Shown here: piece after piece, positions 12,037-25,219 of the stretch
Layout of the letters: each line of letters starts with the position of its first letter
Position numbering within the stretch: the stretch's first letter is position 1
From: Callorhinchus milii
Taxonomy: Eukaryota
Assembly: GCF_018977255.1 (NCBI RefSeq)
Contig: NW_024704743.1
Location: 68,016,001-68,080,000 of the forward strand
Length of the DNA: 64,000 nt
Reading direction: 5' to 3'
Notes under the pieces: generated by a model
The model's database searches: none
The model's input: the letters and a program-made list of their open reading frames with translations, nothing else
Told to the model about the DNA's origin: nothing
Program-made: the position numbers and the translations under genes

Positions 12037-13539
12037 ATCTAAACAATATAATGTATTTACTATACCTAACTGAATGTGAAACTAATGTCTCATTTTAAAT
12101 GAAGCTACTTTTTAGATATTCCCCAAAAAAACATCAAAATGCATTATCATAGCAAAATAAAATCTGCCACATACACTTGTTTACCATCTTTTAAAAAAAA
12201 CTAAATCACAAGTGTGATGGGATTCAGGCTGTACTATTACATCTACTATTGTTATATCATATGGCGTTCAAAGCATTTTTGTGTCCATACAATAATTGAT
12301 CATGAGTTATTGTAATCATGTTGGAAAGCTAACTAGTCAGGGTGGATTTATTCTCAGCACAGGCATTTTTAAGGTACATTTCTCCTGGGTGTTTGGGAAA
12401 GTAATATTTTTAAACATCATACATCAACAACTGCTTAAAAAAAGTAAAATAAGCCAACAATAATTTACACTTATACAGTGCCTTTCACTTAAGAGGGACT
12501 TGTTCCTAGCAGTTCACTTTGGGAGCCTGGGAGTGAGTGTGGGATGGGGAAAAAGGTAGCGAAAAGGACGTCTGAAGATATAGTTCTTAAGGTGGGTTTT
12601 GAAGAAGATGGAGCAACAGAGCCGAGGGATGGAGCTCTGGAAAACAGGTGCAGACTGGCTGCAGGCTCCTTCACCAATGGTGGGGCAGAGTGGGTGGGAA
12701 CTGTGACTCAGGCCTGTATCTGCTTAGCAGATCTCTCCTTGCAGCTATTTTTATCCTGTTTATTATACTTCTATATATATATATATTCACACATGGCAGG
12801 GTCTAGGAACGCTTAAACACACATACAATTATACTCACATATATGCACACTTAGAGGCGAATCAGCAATATTTTTGTTTACATCAAATCAATGCTAATAA
12901 GTATCATATCAATCAAGTTTCAGTGGGATTGATTCTATTCAAAATCTGCTGGTAAAAACACTTCAGGATACGTTTCCAGGAATTAAGTAGATGCATTGGA
13001 TATGGAATAAATTGGATGTGCATCAAAGCTCATTTTGAAAGAAATTTTAAACTTAAAATAAAGTTTAAAAGTTCCTCTTGAAACAGAAGACAAAATGCAA
13101 CATTATTCGTGTTTTCCATGCCTAAACATACCTTGGGACATCCTCCCGATGTGAAAGGTGCAACAGAAATGTGAAAGTGTTGTTGCTACCAGTCTGATTC
13201 CACTGTTTACAAAGTGGTGTGAGTCGGTAGCATTGAGTCATAATGCCAGGTCTGCCTACTATGTACTTGCCTGAAGACCAGCAGTCTAGAGTGCAGACAA
13301 AATGTTAACATTGGTAAAAATCCACTTCACGAGAGATGTTAAATGGTATCAGGAGAGAACGTAAATGAACAAGGCCCTTTGGCCTATTTAATCTTATTTT
13401 TCCTTATTATCACCAATTCCTTTTAACCATTTACAAAATGGAATCAGGTAGTATTATTAAGAGCTTTGGGACATCCTTCTGACTTGAAAGGTGTTATATA
13501 AATGTAAATTTATATTGTACTGAATCAAAGATATGTCAG

Positions 13540-14020
13540 GGCGGCTCAGTTAATAGCACTCTCACCTCTGAGTCAGAAGATTGTGGGTTCAAGTCGGGTC
13601 TTGGAACTTATAGTCTAAACTGATACTCCAATGCAACACTAAATTGTTGAAAGTTTCATCGTCTGAATGAGACAATAAACTGACTGCCGGTTCAAGTGGA
13701 TGTTAAAGATCATATGGCAGTATTCAAAAAGACAGGAAAATGTTCTCCTGGCCAACATTCCCCCAATAATATTGGTCAATAACTTTTTGACCGTTTGTGG
13801 GACATTACTGTACAGGAATGGCTGGGAAATTGGCTCCTGCTTTCGCCCTCAAAACTCAACCCCAGTGGTCACTCAATCCATGACACTGCTGTGCACAATT
13901 GGCTGTCACATTTCACCCAAAAAAATACAGCCAATTCACTTCACATTTTATTCTGCTTTGAGATGTCTCGAAGACGTGATAAGACCCTATATCAAAATGG
14001 AAGGATTATTATATTATTAT
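13540..14020 (+). mobile_element. Deu-domain SINE (SacSINE1-like), near full length
   Basis: ggctcagttaatagcactctcacctctgagtcagaagattgtgggttcaag head; Deu core; (ATT)n tail. Confidence 0.85.
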
Positions 14021-14947
14021 TCACAAGCCTGTATTACAGATGCCGTAAGGAACATCTTCTCAGCAGTCTCCAGATTCAATACTCTTAGAACCTCGGTTAA
14101 CCGTGAGCGGAAAGAGGGAGGAGATTAAAAGAAACATTATTCCTTCAACAAGTACAATTTAATGGCTATGCCACAAGTCAAATTAATTAATTCATGCTCA
14201 ATCAATATTTCCTCCGCACAACATAGGAAACTTTATTTTTTGCAGGGTTGAAGGTGCAAATCTAGCTATTGTTTGCTGCAATACATCAGTTGCCCCCCCA
14301 AAAGGAGACTTGTTGTCCCCTCTGTTATACACTTAGGCTATATCAGCACTAAATACCTAAACATCAGGAGACAGCAGAAATATATCAACAAGAAATGCAT
14401 CCACAGAGCTCTGAATGGAGTTTGAGGATAATGCCTATTGTAGGGAAAATATTAGTTCCCAGCTTCATAAAAACGTATAAAAGAATTTTTGGGCTTTGAG
14501 TAGACACAGGCTGTTTTCTACGCTTGACTTGAATGATTAAATATATAATGTTATATACAGCAACAGACATTTAAGTATTGTTAATATGGTCATTTGTTCC
14601 TTGGTGGAAACCACATCTACAACTGACTAGAGTTTTCTTTCTGCAAACAGTTAACAGTTCACCTGTGGAAATACCATGCCTTAGTGGGTCACATTGTGCT
14701 TTCATCATTTCCTTTGTAGATGGATTCTCAGAGCCAATTTCTCGAGATGAGCAATGACTGAACAGTATACTGTAAGAAGACATAGTCCAGCCCTGCAATG
14801 AACTTTTAGATGTAATGTTTTTCCACATATGGTCCCGAGGCATCTGTAAGAAACACATATCACTTCATACATACTCACGTGAACTGCAAAAGTACATTTT
14901 GCTAAATAGAAGAACAGCAATGATCTTCATCCAGTTTAAGCAGGCAT

Positions 14948-15600
14948 CAGTCTGGCTCAATAGGTAGCAGCCTGGCTCAGTCAATAGCACTCACACCTTT
15001 GAATCAGTAGGTTTAAGCTCCATGACAGGACTTCAAACTCAGGTAAACTCCTTACTGCTAGGTAAACAGAGGCGTGTGGAGTAAGGAAACTCGCCTAAGG
15101 TTTTGCCCGCCTGGGAATCAAACCCAGGTCCTCTTGCTTGCTCTAATCAGTAAGCTCCTGGACTCCACTGTTTGTGGGACATTGTTGTGCACAAAATGAC
15201 TATTGCATTAGCCTGAAAAATATAGTCACTAAACTTTACAGAAAATCCGAACTCAGTCAAGACCAACACTTAATTGCAGTATTGTGGGTGTGCTAACTTT
15301 TCCGAGGTGCTGTCCTGGGGTTAAGATGTTAAAACTGAGTAACACCTGCCTGTTCAGGTGGATGGTAAAACATCCAATGACACTATTTTGAGAAAATAAA
15401 TTTTCTTCCAGTTTCTTGTCCAACCATACTCCATATATAATTAGTATTTCAATTCATGGCTGTTTGTGGGATATTTCTGTGTACAAATTGGCTACTACAT
15501 TTGCCCACAAAACAAGGTCACTAAACTCTACAGTAAATGCTGTAAGCACTTTTGAGACTGTCTCACCACAGGAAATGCATTAAATCAAATGCAGTTTATT
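14948..15600 (+). mobile_element. Deu-domain SINE interrupted by a ~200-bp templated insertion (15051-15248)
   Basis: Duplicated head cagtctggctcaataggtag/cagcctggctcagtcaatag; body resumes at 15250; Deu core and tail follow. Confidence 0.8.
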
Positions 15601-15711
15601 AAAAAACAGGGTGAGGGGCAGAATTAATAATCAGCCCTCATTTTTTATAGATAAAACACTGACATGTTCAAGTTCAGCATGGAATCCTAAATTAGCCTAA
15701 TCTCAGCTTTC

Positions 15712-16025
15712 AATAATAATAATCCTTGCATTTGATATAACGCTTTTCATGTCTTCTAGATATCTCAAAGCGCTTCACAGAATATACTGTAAAGTGAATT
15801 GACTGTATATTTGTGGGCGAACGCGGCAGCCAATTGCGCACAGCAGTGTCCCACAAACAGTCGTAGATTGAAAATGACCAATTTATTTTTGTTTTGTTTT
15901 GGAGGGATTATTATTATTAGGCATGTGGAGTAAGGAAACTTGCCCAAGGTTTTGCCCTGCCTGGAATTGAACTCAGGTCTCTCGCTTGCAAAGCGAATGC
16001 TCTAACAACTGAGCTACAGAACTCC
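15712..16025 (-). mobile_element. tRNA-Ala/CORE SINE (CmiSINE-like), short variant, full length, young
   Basis: Near-identical to 8065-8357; intact A/B boxes and (ATT)n tail. Confidence 0.92.
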
Positions 16026-16339
16026 AATTACTAAACATGAACTCAAGAGTTTAGCTGTGAGCCTGCAAAGTGCCTGTTGAACACCACAATCTGCAAGTTG
16101 AATGAGTGAAGTTGCTTCATGAATGTCAGCAATGAGAATGGCGTGTGTATTGAGTGGGAAGGGGCACAAGAATCTGTCTCCTGCAGGGCCATCCTTCCAA
16201 TATGAAAGGCGCTATATAAATGTCATTTGTTGTTGATGTTAAAGCTTGTATGTCAATGAAAAGAGAAAGGACCTTCTCCTCGTGTCCTGCTCAACAATCT
16301 CCAAGAGAAAAAAAAATGATAATGTATTCTTGGCTTTTT

Positions 16340-16701
16340 ATAATAAAATAATAACAGCATTTGATATAGTGTCTTATCACATCTTTAAGACGTCTCAAAG
16401 CGCTTCACAGAATATACTGTGAAGTCAATTGACTGTACATTTTGTGTCCAAAATTCAGCAGCAATTGCACACAGCAATGTCCCATAAAGGGTCATGTGAG
16501 TGACCATTTTTTTTTGGAGAGATTATTACCCCTGGAAAAGCAATCCGACAATCGACTGACAACCAGGTTCCCGCTTACTGCTAGGTAAACAGGAGCATGT
16601 GGAGTAAGGAAACTCGCCTACAGTTTCACCCGCCCGGGAATCAAACCCAGGTCCTCTTGCTTGCGAGGCAAAATGCTTTAACCACTAAGCTCCTGGACTC
16701 C
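16340..16701 (-). mobile_element. tRNA-Ala/CORE SINE, long variant
   Basis: Same head (CTCGCAA loop) plus ~60-nt segment ctgtttacctagcagtaagcgggaacctgg... Confidence 0.88.
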
Positions 16702-16850
16702 ACTGTTTGTGGGACATTGTTGTGCATAAAATGACTGTTGCATTAGCCTGAAAAATAGTCACTAAACTTTACAGAAAATCCTGTGAAATGCTTTGAGATG
16801 TTTTTGATTGCATGATAAAGGCGCTATATCAAATGCAAGGATTATTACTG
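16702..16850 (+). mobile_element. SINE 3' half (Deu-type/L2 tail), head-to-head with the preceding SINE
   Basis: ctgtttgtgggacattg...aaggcgctatatcaaatgcaaggattatt. Confidence 0.8.
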
Positions 16851-18544
16851 TTTATATAAACATAACAGCCTTCCAAAAATTAAAGTGAAAATCTCTACCA
16901 CTGAGACATTAATTACCTAGGGCTTCCTCAAAATGAAAGGATCTTTTGTCACCTCGTTTAATTAACAGTTTTTAAAATTGAAAATTTTCTTCAGAGTAAT
17001 CACATTGAATTTGGTAAGAAAGATTGCAATTTTTTACATATCGCATATTTCTTACATATCATGACTGAATGAGTGAACTCCCAACTCCAACAAAACGGTT
17101 GGATCTCAAGGCAGTTTGAAGATTTAAGCATTGCCATTTCTGCTGTTGTTATCAGCCTCCACAGTTAACATAGCGTTTCAGTGCTGCCTCACTGGATATC
17201 AGCCAAACCCAATCTGAGATAATTCATATAATTCATTTCGCTTTCAAAGAGCAGGCCATAACTCGAAGAATTATTCATCTTAAAAAAACAACAGTCAGCA
17301 GTTCTGGACTCCATGATTGAGTCACATTCCAAAAACAATCTTGCTGGCTGCAAGTTCAGATCTTCACCTTCTTCCTGTAGCTTCAAGTTCTGCATTTCCA
17401 CAAAACAAGAGAGTGTTTTTGGCCATTTCTTATACTAAACAAGCGGAGCAAGTCCAAAGTAATAACAGTATGAAATGTTTTGCTGGGTTAAATATGAAGG
17501 TAGATGGAAGATTTGCATTATTGGTAAGGAAGGACAGCTGTTGAGAGAGTGAATGTAACAGCAGGAGACATCACTGAATCAAATCAGAGTAGGAAACAGA
17601 TTTAACAGGTAGAGGGACTGAACATTTTTTTGTGATTTAAATTCTAATGCAACATAATGCAGTAGACCTGTCCTATTTTCCAGTAATAGTCAAAACGTGG
17701 AAAACCAAAAAGGGAGGAGTAAACAAGACATTTAATACAGACAGCCACTGATTGCTTCTCATCACACTGTGTAAAGCAAATGCAGAGGATCTAAATGCTT
17801 ACAATTCAGCCATGCCTTGGATAAGTTCTAAGTTTTTCAGTATCCACTGCTGTTCTTTTACATGCAAGATAATGTATAAACTTAGGTTGCTGTAGAGTTT
17901 AACAGTCCACTAGAACAGATCAGTGGCTTGGAAGTGGGTCAGTGTTTGGAATCCAGTGATCATGGTTTAGTTCAATGTAATACTGTGCATTTAAAGGCTA
18001 AAAAAAAATGAACAGAGGTGCATGGCTTTAGGATTGAAAACTATACAGTTATGCAAAATAGCTCACAGTAGGATTAAATGGAAAGCATAATTGGAAATTA
18101 CAGAAAAAAATTAAATTCTTATGTAACAGCAGGAGGGAAAAGAAAATCAGGAGCAAATTTTGCAGTATTCCTTACCCCATTCTTTGTATTAAATAAAGAG
18201 ATTTTCTAGAGATAAAACATCATACATGGACTTGTAACCATGTTCCGGGAAACTGTCCAAATCACAAAAGAGGATCAGATGAAGAATCCTCTTCAGTCTT
18301 TTGATGCCATTCTTCCAGACTAGCCTCCCAAGTTGAGCTCATTATTTTGGCCTTAACCATACTTCCGGGTAATCTGTTCCAATCTTTACTCCTGTGTAAA
18401 TAAATACTTCCTGGTGTCTAACCTACAATTGCATTTTGCATCCCAAACCTGAGTCCTATTTTTCTACTATCTCAGTGAATCCAAAAGTACTATTCTGGGT
18501 TTACTCCCTCAATCCCATTTAACCCTAACACTCACCCCGACCCC

Positions 18545-18820
18545 AATTGCCCACAACAATGTCCCACAAGCAGCATGAAGTGAATGGACAATTGTATTTG
18601 GAGGTTGCTGGCCGGGACACCGGGAGAAACTCCCTTCCCTGTTTCCCTTCCCCCATAGAGTCTTTAACATCTATACAAACAGGCCTTGGTCCAAAGGATA
18701 ATACCTCCAGCAATACAGCACATCTACAGCCCAAGAAAATGTAGTTCATATCCTGATCTGGGGCTGGACAAACAACCTTCTGACTCAAAGGCGAGTGGAC
18801 TACCAATTGAGCCAGGCTTA
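18545..18820 (-). mobile_element. Deu-domain SINE fragment
   Basis: Reverse complement of head (cctggctcaattggtag..tgagtcagaaggttg) and Deu core. Confidence 0.8.
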
Positions 18821-19744
18821 TAAAGAACCATAGTGTCCCTGGATTAGGGAGGGTAAAACACTCACCCAGAGACAATTGCTGGAAGGTATTGATGTGGACA
18901 TTGTATGGGGACAAGATTGAGTTCAACTGCATGACTGACTAGCCACAAATTCACGTTCTAGACTCACCTTGTGAAAAACAATGAATTGGGTAAGGAATCA
19001 CGATACAAGCTTGATCCCAATATAAAAAAAAGTAAAATGCCTCAGGGAAGAGGGAAAACAGGCAATAATAAAATGGGTTCCACTGGTGAAATGGGAGCCT
19101 TCTAACCACTGCACCACATAATCCTCTCCTTTTAATATAGGTTTTAGAGAAAAAGTAAACTGATGTAAAAATAGACAGGAACATTGTCATACACATCCCA
19201 TCGTATGCTGAATCCAGCTGTACCTTTCCTGCTGACTGAATGAAAATGGGGTCAGCCTGTAATGACTGCGGACTTCCAGCCATACACACAAGTGAATTCG
19301 CACAATCATTTTGATACTGCTAATAATATTGTGAACAACTCTTTAAACATGTTGCAGTCTCTTTATAAAACATGTTTGGTTCTTAAAATGTAACAGATAT
19401 AAATGCTCGCTTTTGGCAATCTATTCATCTTTACTTGTAGATGTAGCAATGTTGTATCATGTGTCAGAAAGTTATAAATAATGCCTCAAAGACTTCCTGA
19501 GCTCCAACATCATCAGTGGTGATGGAGGCGAGAGGGAAGGGGGAAGAGAGAACACAAAATGCAGTACAATTATAATCGTTTCAGATTCTTTTTGATTCAG
19601 CAATTTCAACCAAAACAATCAAAGAACTCAAAGATTGTGGTTCACATGCAGATTACAAAAAAAATCTCGCTTCCCCACTTGCAGAAACTTTGAACAGTGC
19701 TTCTCAAACCTACATACACATCCCTTTGTATGCTGAATCCATAA

Positions 19745-19945
19745 TCCCTCCAAAAAAACAAAACAATAATAAATTGGTCATTTTCAATCCACGACTGTTT
19801 GTGGGACATTGCTGTGTGCAATTGGCTGCCGCGTTCGCCCATAAATATACAGTCAATTCACTTTACAGTATATTCTGTGAAGCGCTTTGGGACGTTTAGA
19901 AGACGTGAAAAGCGCTATATCAAATGCAAGGATTATTATTATTAT
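19745..19945 (+). mobile_element. 5'-truncated young SINE (3' half of the CmiSINE-like family)
   Basis: Near-exact reverse complement of 15712-15905. Confidence 0.88.
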
Positions 19946-21224
19946 CAATGTACTGTTTAACATTATTCTTGTTCACTGCGTATTCAAATTCAAGAATATT
20001 TTTGTGTGCAGCACATGCTAAGTACTATGAAGAATCTGTGCAAATTGAGCAGACATTTTCTATTAGTGTCATGAATATATTTGTGTGCAGCAGCGAAGGC
20101 TATGCATTTTTGAAGCCTTTGGATTTTGCTTTTCATGCTTCTGTGAATTGCCAAGAAAATTCTCAATCATAGAAATTACAGCACAGTTGGGAGGCCATTT
20201 GGCTCATTGAGTCTAAACTAGTGCTAACTTGTGCACAGGAACTAACTACTCCAATCTTTATTACCTGCTGCTTCTGATCATGTTTGCAACCTTCTGATTC
20301 AAACATGTTTAATTGCCTTTAAAATATATTCGTCAGAACTTCCCTCCCCATCCCCCTCAAAAAAAAAATCAATCGTAGCAAAGCATCAAAATGTTCTACT
20401 TACTCTTTGTGGAAACTTTCCTTTGTTTCTTCCAGTGAAAATCCCAAGTTTCTATCTCCATTAATAACAATGAAGAAAGCAGCAGGAACTATCTTTCACT
20501 TTCTATCCTATCAAAAGCCTTCTGAAATTTGAAGACTTCAAGTGCCATTTTAAAAATGGAAGGAAGACGATTTTCACAATCAAACTCTAAAATCAAAGGA
20601 GAATCAAAATAGCCCAAAAAGTGAAATAGTATTGTGCAAATTAGTTATAACATGGTATTTGGATCCAAAAAATCCCAACCTGCATTATAGCGAGGCGCAA
20701 TAGCAAGTTTGATGACATGTGCACAGAGTACGAAAAGAAAACATGGCTGACTTCCAGATCAACAAGGTGCTGCACTGACCCTTCCTGCTTTCGGGGCATG
20801 AACAATGTAGGAAGTGATTTGATCTGAATGACTCAGTCATTGAAGCGGAAAAAGCCTGCCGATACCTGGGAAACAACAACAACAGCTAGCTTTGAGCACG
20901 CATAATTATTGGAGTCCACAGTGCAACCACATTTATAAGCATATTTGTGCTACAGTGAAGCAATTAACACTGGGACTGCACTATAAGTAGTCTGGGCAAA
21001 AGTAGAACTTGTGAGGCGATCTCTAAATGCTCTCTCAATTCATGTCAAACTGTTTGAAAAAGCTTGAAGTGGATCCAAAACTCCAGCAAAGATTGAAAAG
21101 CTAAACTATTTTGTCCTAAGACCATATATTAAAGTGAATTATACACTAAATACATTTATCATTGTAATTATGTGAACAAATAAATAAAATGAATATCTAA
21201 ATGTGGTGGGCACAAGCTGCATAC

Positions 21225-21640
21225 CAGGGCTTGGAACTCCTAGTGGCTAAACTGATACTTCAATGTAGTGCTGAGGGTGTGGTGCATTATTGGAGGTGCC
21301 TTACTTTGGTTGAGATATTAAATCATAACCAGGCCCTGTCTGCCTGTTCAGGTGCTTAATAAAGATCCTAAGGCACTACTTAAATAAAAAAGTGTTTCTT
21401 CCAGTGTCCTGGCCAACAATCCCAACCCCACCCGCCCCACCCCACCAAAAAGAAAAATATAATAGGTCATTCATTTCACAGCTGTTTGTGGGACATTGCT
21501 GTGTGCAAACTGGCTGCCCTGTTCACCCACACACAAACAGTCTATGCACATTACACTATATCCTTGAAGCAGTTGGCGAGATTCTCTTGATATGAAAGAC
21601 TTATACCAAATATAAGGATTATTATTATTACTATTATTGA
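21225..21640 (+). mobile_element. Deu-domain SINE, 5'-truncated
   Basis: ggccctgtctgcctgttcaggtg, gtgtcctggccaacaatccc, gctgtttgtgggacattgctgtgtgcaa, tail. Confidence 0.8.
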
Positions 21641-22789
21641 GAACTGAAGCTCTGTTTGAAGTATTACTCTTGACAGAAAAAGAGCTTGAAATAGATCATT
21701 TAAAGAGCAAGGAAATATAAATCACAGTACTCTGGTAGTAAGGGAAGGGGTTCCATGTAATGTGTTATTTAGAAGAAAATAAGATGAAAAGGCATTTACT
21801 AAACACTTTGAACAGTGTTCAGATAAATGTTAAAAATCCCATTGCATTATTTTCAAAGAAAAGTATCCCTTATAAAATAACTTCATGACTTGTAGTGAAA
21901 CACTACTGGGTGCAAATTGGCTCCTTCATTCATTTACAAATACACACAAATACTACACTTTACATTAAATCCAGAAAAGCACCGAAAGACACTGCGATGA
22001 TAAGGTGATACACCAAATGCAAGGATTATTCTAGTTATTGAAAAGAATAATTTTTATTGCATTAATATCGAATGAAGAAAATTAAGAATTTGGTGGTTTA
22101 GAAAGGCATTGATAACATTGGAAAATTGTTGCAAAAGCTTTTTAGTGTCATTTGTATTAAGTGCAACATGATGATGATTCATATCACTTAGTATACATCT
22201 ACCGAAAAGTAAAATACAGTTTCTTGAAAGTTTATATCAAAGATTATATCACCCACATATCATGTGATTATATCACAGCAGGTATTAAGTATTGAGAAGG
22301 CAGTTTCTCCCAAAGTCCTGGCTATCAATTCCCCAAATAAAATTGATCACTCACTACATGGCTGTTTGTGGGATATTGCTATTCACAAATCAGCTGCTGG
22401 GTTTACCCATAAAAATACACACAATCACTTTACAGTTTATCCTTTAAAACTCTTTGGGATGTTTCAATGACGAAATCAATGTGGGTTATCAACACTCAAA
22501 GTTTATATTGCATTAACCTCCACTTAGCATTTAGCATGTAATTCTAACATCAATGCAAAGATACCTTCAAGACCTGTGGTGCTTAACATTTTCAATGCCA
22601 TTAATATTTGTTCAGGTCCAATAACTGTTCATTAGGATGTTTCCATGAACTGTTTCTGTTATGGACAACCTAAGCTCTTTTCACAAGAGCTGAGAAGTTA
22701 TGAGATAAATTAAAGTTATCAGGTAAATTAGTGCTCCAGGATTTTTCAATCCGACTGAACAGCATGATGGTACCTTGGATTAACGGTTC

Positions 22790-23126
22790 TACCAAAGGTC
22801 AACACCTCCAACAATGCAGCACTTCTCTAGCACTTTATTGGAGATTCAGCCTAGATTCTGATTTCAAACTCCAAACGTGGGGCTAGAATCCACAACCTTC
22901 TAACGTGTGCTACCAGGCTGACTTATCATTTTTATAATTTTTTTTTGAAGGGATTAACTCCGGAAAAGCGATTCGCCAATCGACTAACAACCGGGTTTCT
23001 ATTTACCGCTAGGTAAGCAGAGGTGTGTGGAGTAAGGAAACTTGCCCAACGTTTCACCCTCCCAGGAATCAAACCCAGGTTTCTCGCTTGCGAGGCAAAT
23101 GCTCTAACCCCTGAGCATTAGGACTC
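22790..23126 (-). mobile_element. Adjacent SINE pieces: Deu-SINE head (~22790-22920) and long-variant tRNA-Ala/CORE SINE head (~22930-23126)
   Basis: Similarity to the other copies of both families in the window. Confidence 0.8.
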
Positions 23127-24249
23127 TACAGACTTGAAAGCAGTCTTCAAATTATCAAGGTTAAATGATAACTGATAATTTCCATGGGTTGGTGAGTCAG
23201 TAACAGAAGGTTACAATTTTGGAATAATCACAAAAAGAATTAAAGGAAAGGTTAGAAAAAAATCTTTGCACTGAGTGTATTTGCAATGTGGAATTTTTTG
23301 CCACAAACCTTCATTGAGCTAGAGTCTGCAAATTATTTTAGAAAGGAACTGAATTGGTGATAGAGACATAGTAAAGGTTACAGGTAGCAAACAGGAGAAG
23401 ATGAAATGGAGAAAAATTACTAGTTACACCCGAAGGGCCTACTGGCCTGTTTCTATGATGTATCATTCTGCGATTCTTTGCAAATGTTTTCTTTTAAAGC
23501 AACATAAAAACAGCTCCAAAAATGCTTGATTTTAAGAGACAGCATTTTCAAATGTTCAGAGTTTTTCCTCCAATATTTATAGGGAAATATTGTGTTGTTT
23601 CTTGGGTGGTTCGTTTCACATTTATCTACCACCCAGTCGAAAATACAACTTAATAGGATCATCTGGGGATTATTTATCACCAGGAGTGGTTTGAAATCAC
23701 ATGACCTTCTGCCATTTGAGACTGGGAATGTCACGTTTCTTTGAATCTGTTAGTTGGCACAAAAGTCTGGTATAAACCGGATGAACAAATTATGATTGTT
23801 CTTTAATGAATGAAAAACTCATAAACCACTTAATCTCTTGCCCTTTGCTTTTGGTCCATTCAGGACCAGTACTCAAGGTTTAGATTGTATTATACTCCAC
23901 TTACCATGTAATTCTATAACACAACACATCAATGCAAAGAACCAGAACATGTGGTGCTCTACAAATGCTCTGCCATCCCTCCAGACAAACCTTTAAACTC
24001 AGTGAGTTTTGTTACTTTAATAATGGAACACACATGTGAATTTAGATGCATCTGATCAGCCCACATAGATGTTTTGGTTTAAAAGTTGCAAATTTGCCTT
24101 GTGCTTCTGAATCAGTGTATGCTTGTGTGACTTGGGGGAGATTGATGTGTTTTCAGCTGGGGCTTTACCAATGTTGATACATACGTTCTCAAAGTTATCA
24201 GTGTACCAATTCATAACTTCCAGGAAATTTCTATTGTAACTGCATTGGG

Positions 24250-24690
24250 AATAACAACAACAACATTTGGTATGACACCTTTCATGAGCACGTCACAGGA
24301 TATACTGTAATGTGTAGTGATTGTATATTTGTATGGGTGAACTTAGTATCCAATCTTGTGCACAATAATGTCCCACACATAGCCATGACGTGAATTACTA
24401 AATTGGGGGACTGTTGGCCAGGACTCTGAGAGCAACTCCCTTCTCTTTTCAAATAGTGCCATAAAACATTCACCCAAATAGGCAGGCAAGGTCTTGGTTT
24501 GAAGAAGGACATAGATTAGTGTCTAATCAATGTCCTTCTTTAAACCAAGAAGAACAGCATCTCCAACAATGCAGCACACCTCCAGGACTGAATTAGAGTG
24601 TCATCTTAGACTATATGAGTTCCAAGTGCTGAGGTGGGATTCAAACCCACAAACTTGTAACTGAGAGTGCTACCAATACAGCCAGGCTAA
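24250..24690 (-). mobile_element. Deu-domain SINE containing a 59-nt fold-back hairpin
   Basis: Colinear with family members 53235-53655 and 54510-54910 except at 24501-24548. Confidence 0.8.
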
Positions 24691-25219
24691 TCTTGGCCAT
24701 CCATGCCTTTGTAATGCAATAGATTGGATTTTAATGGATTGCCTGAAATCTATTTCCGTGCTACCACCTACCATACTTCCACAAGACCTTTTCAGCTCAT
24801 TGCTTTATTTCAGACATTATATTGCCCTCCATTTCCCACTAACCTTCTCTGCCAATTATTTCAGGAACAAATGAAAACAACCAAGTTTATTAAATCTTGG
24901 TGGACAATCAACATCCCATTGCACTATTCAAAAAGACAAGGGAGTTTCTCTCAGTATCCTGGACAACAATCCCGCAGATAAAATTGAACATCCGCTTCAT
25001 GGCTGTTTGTGAGACACTGCTCTGTGCAAATTGACTGTCTACAAAATGCACAGTTTACAATGAAACCTGTGAAGCACTTTGAGATGTCTTCCTAACATGA
25101 AAGATGTTACATCAAATTCAAGGATTGTTACTTGACAATAACTTATATCTTGAATAAACAACATTGGTGAAAATCTGCCTACCTTAATTTCTAAATAATT
25201 TTAAATAGCCAGAAAAAAA

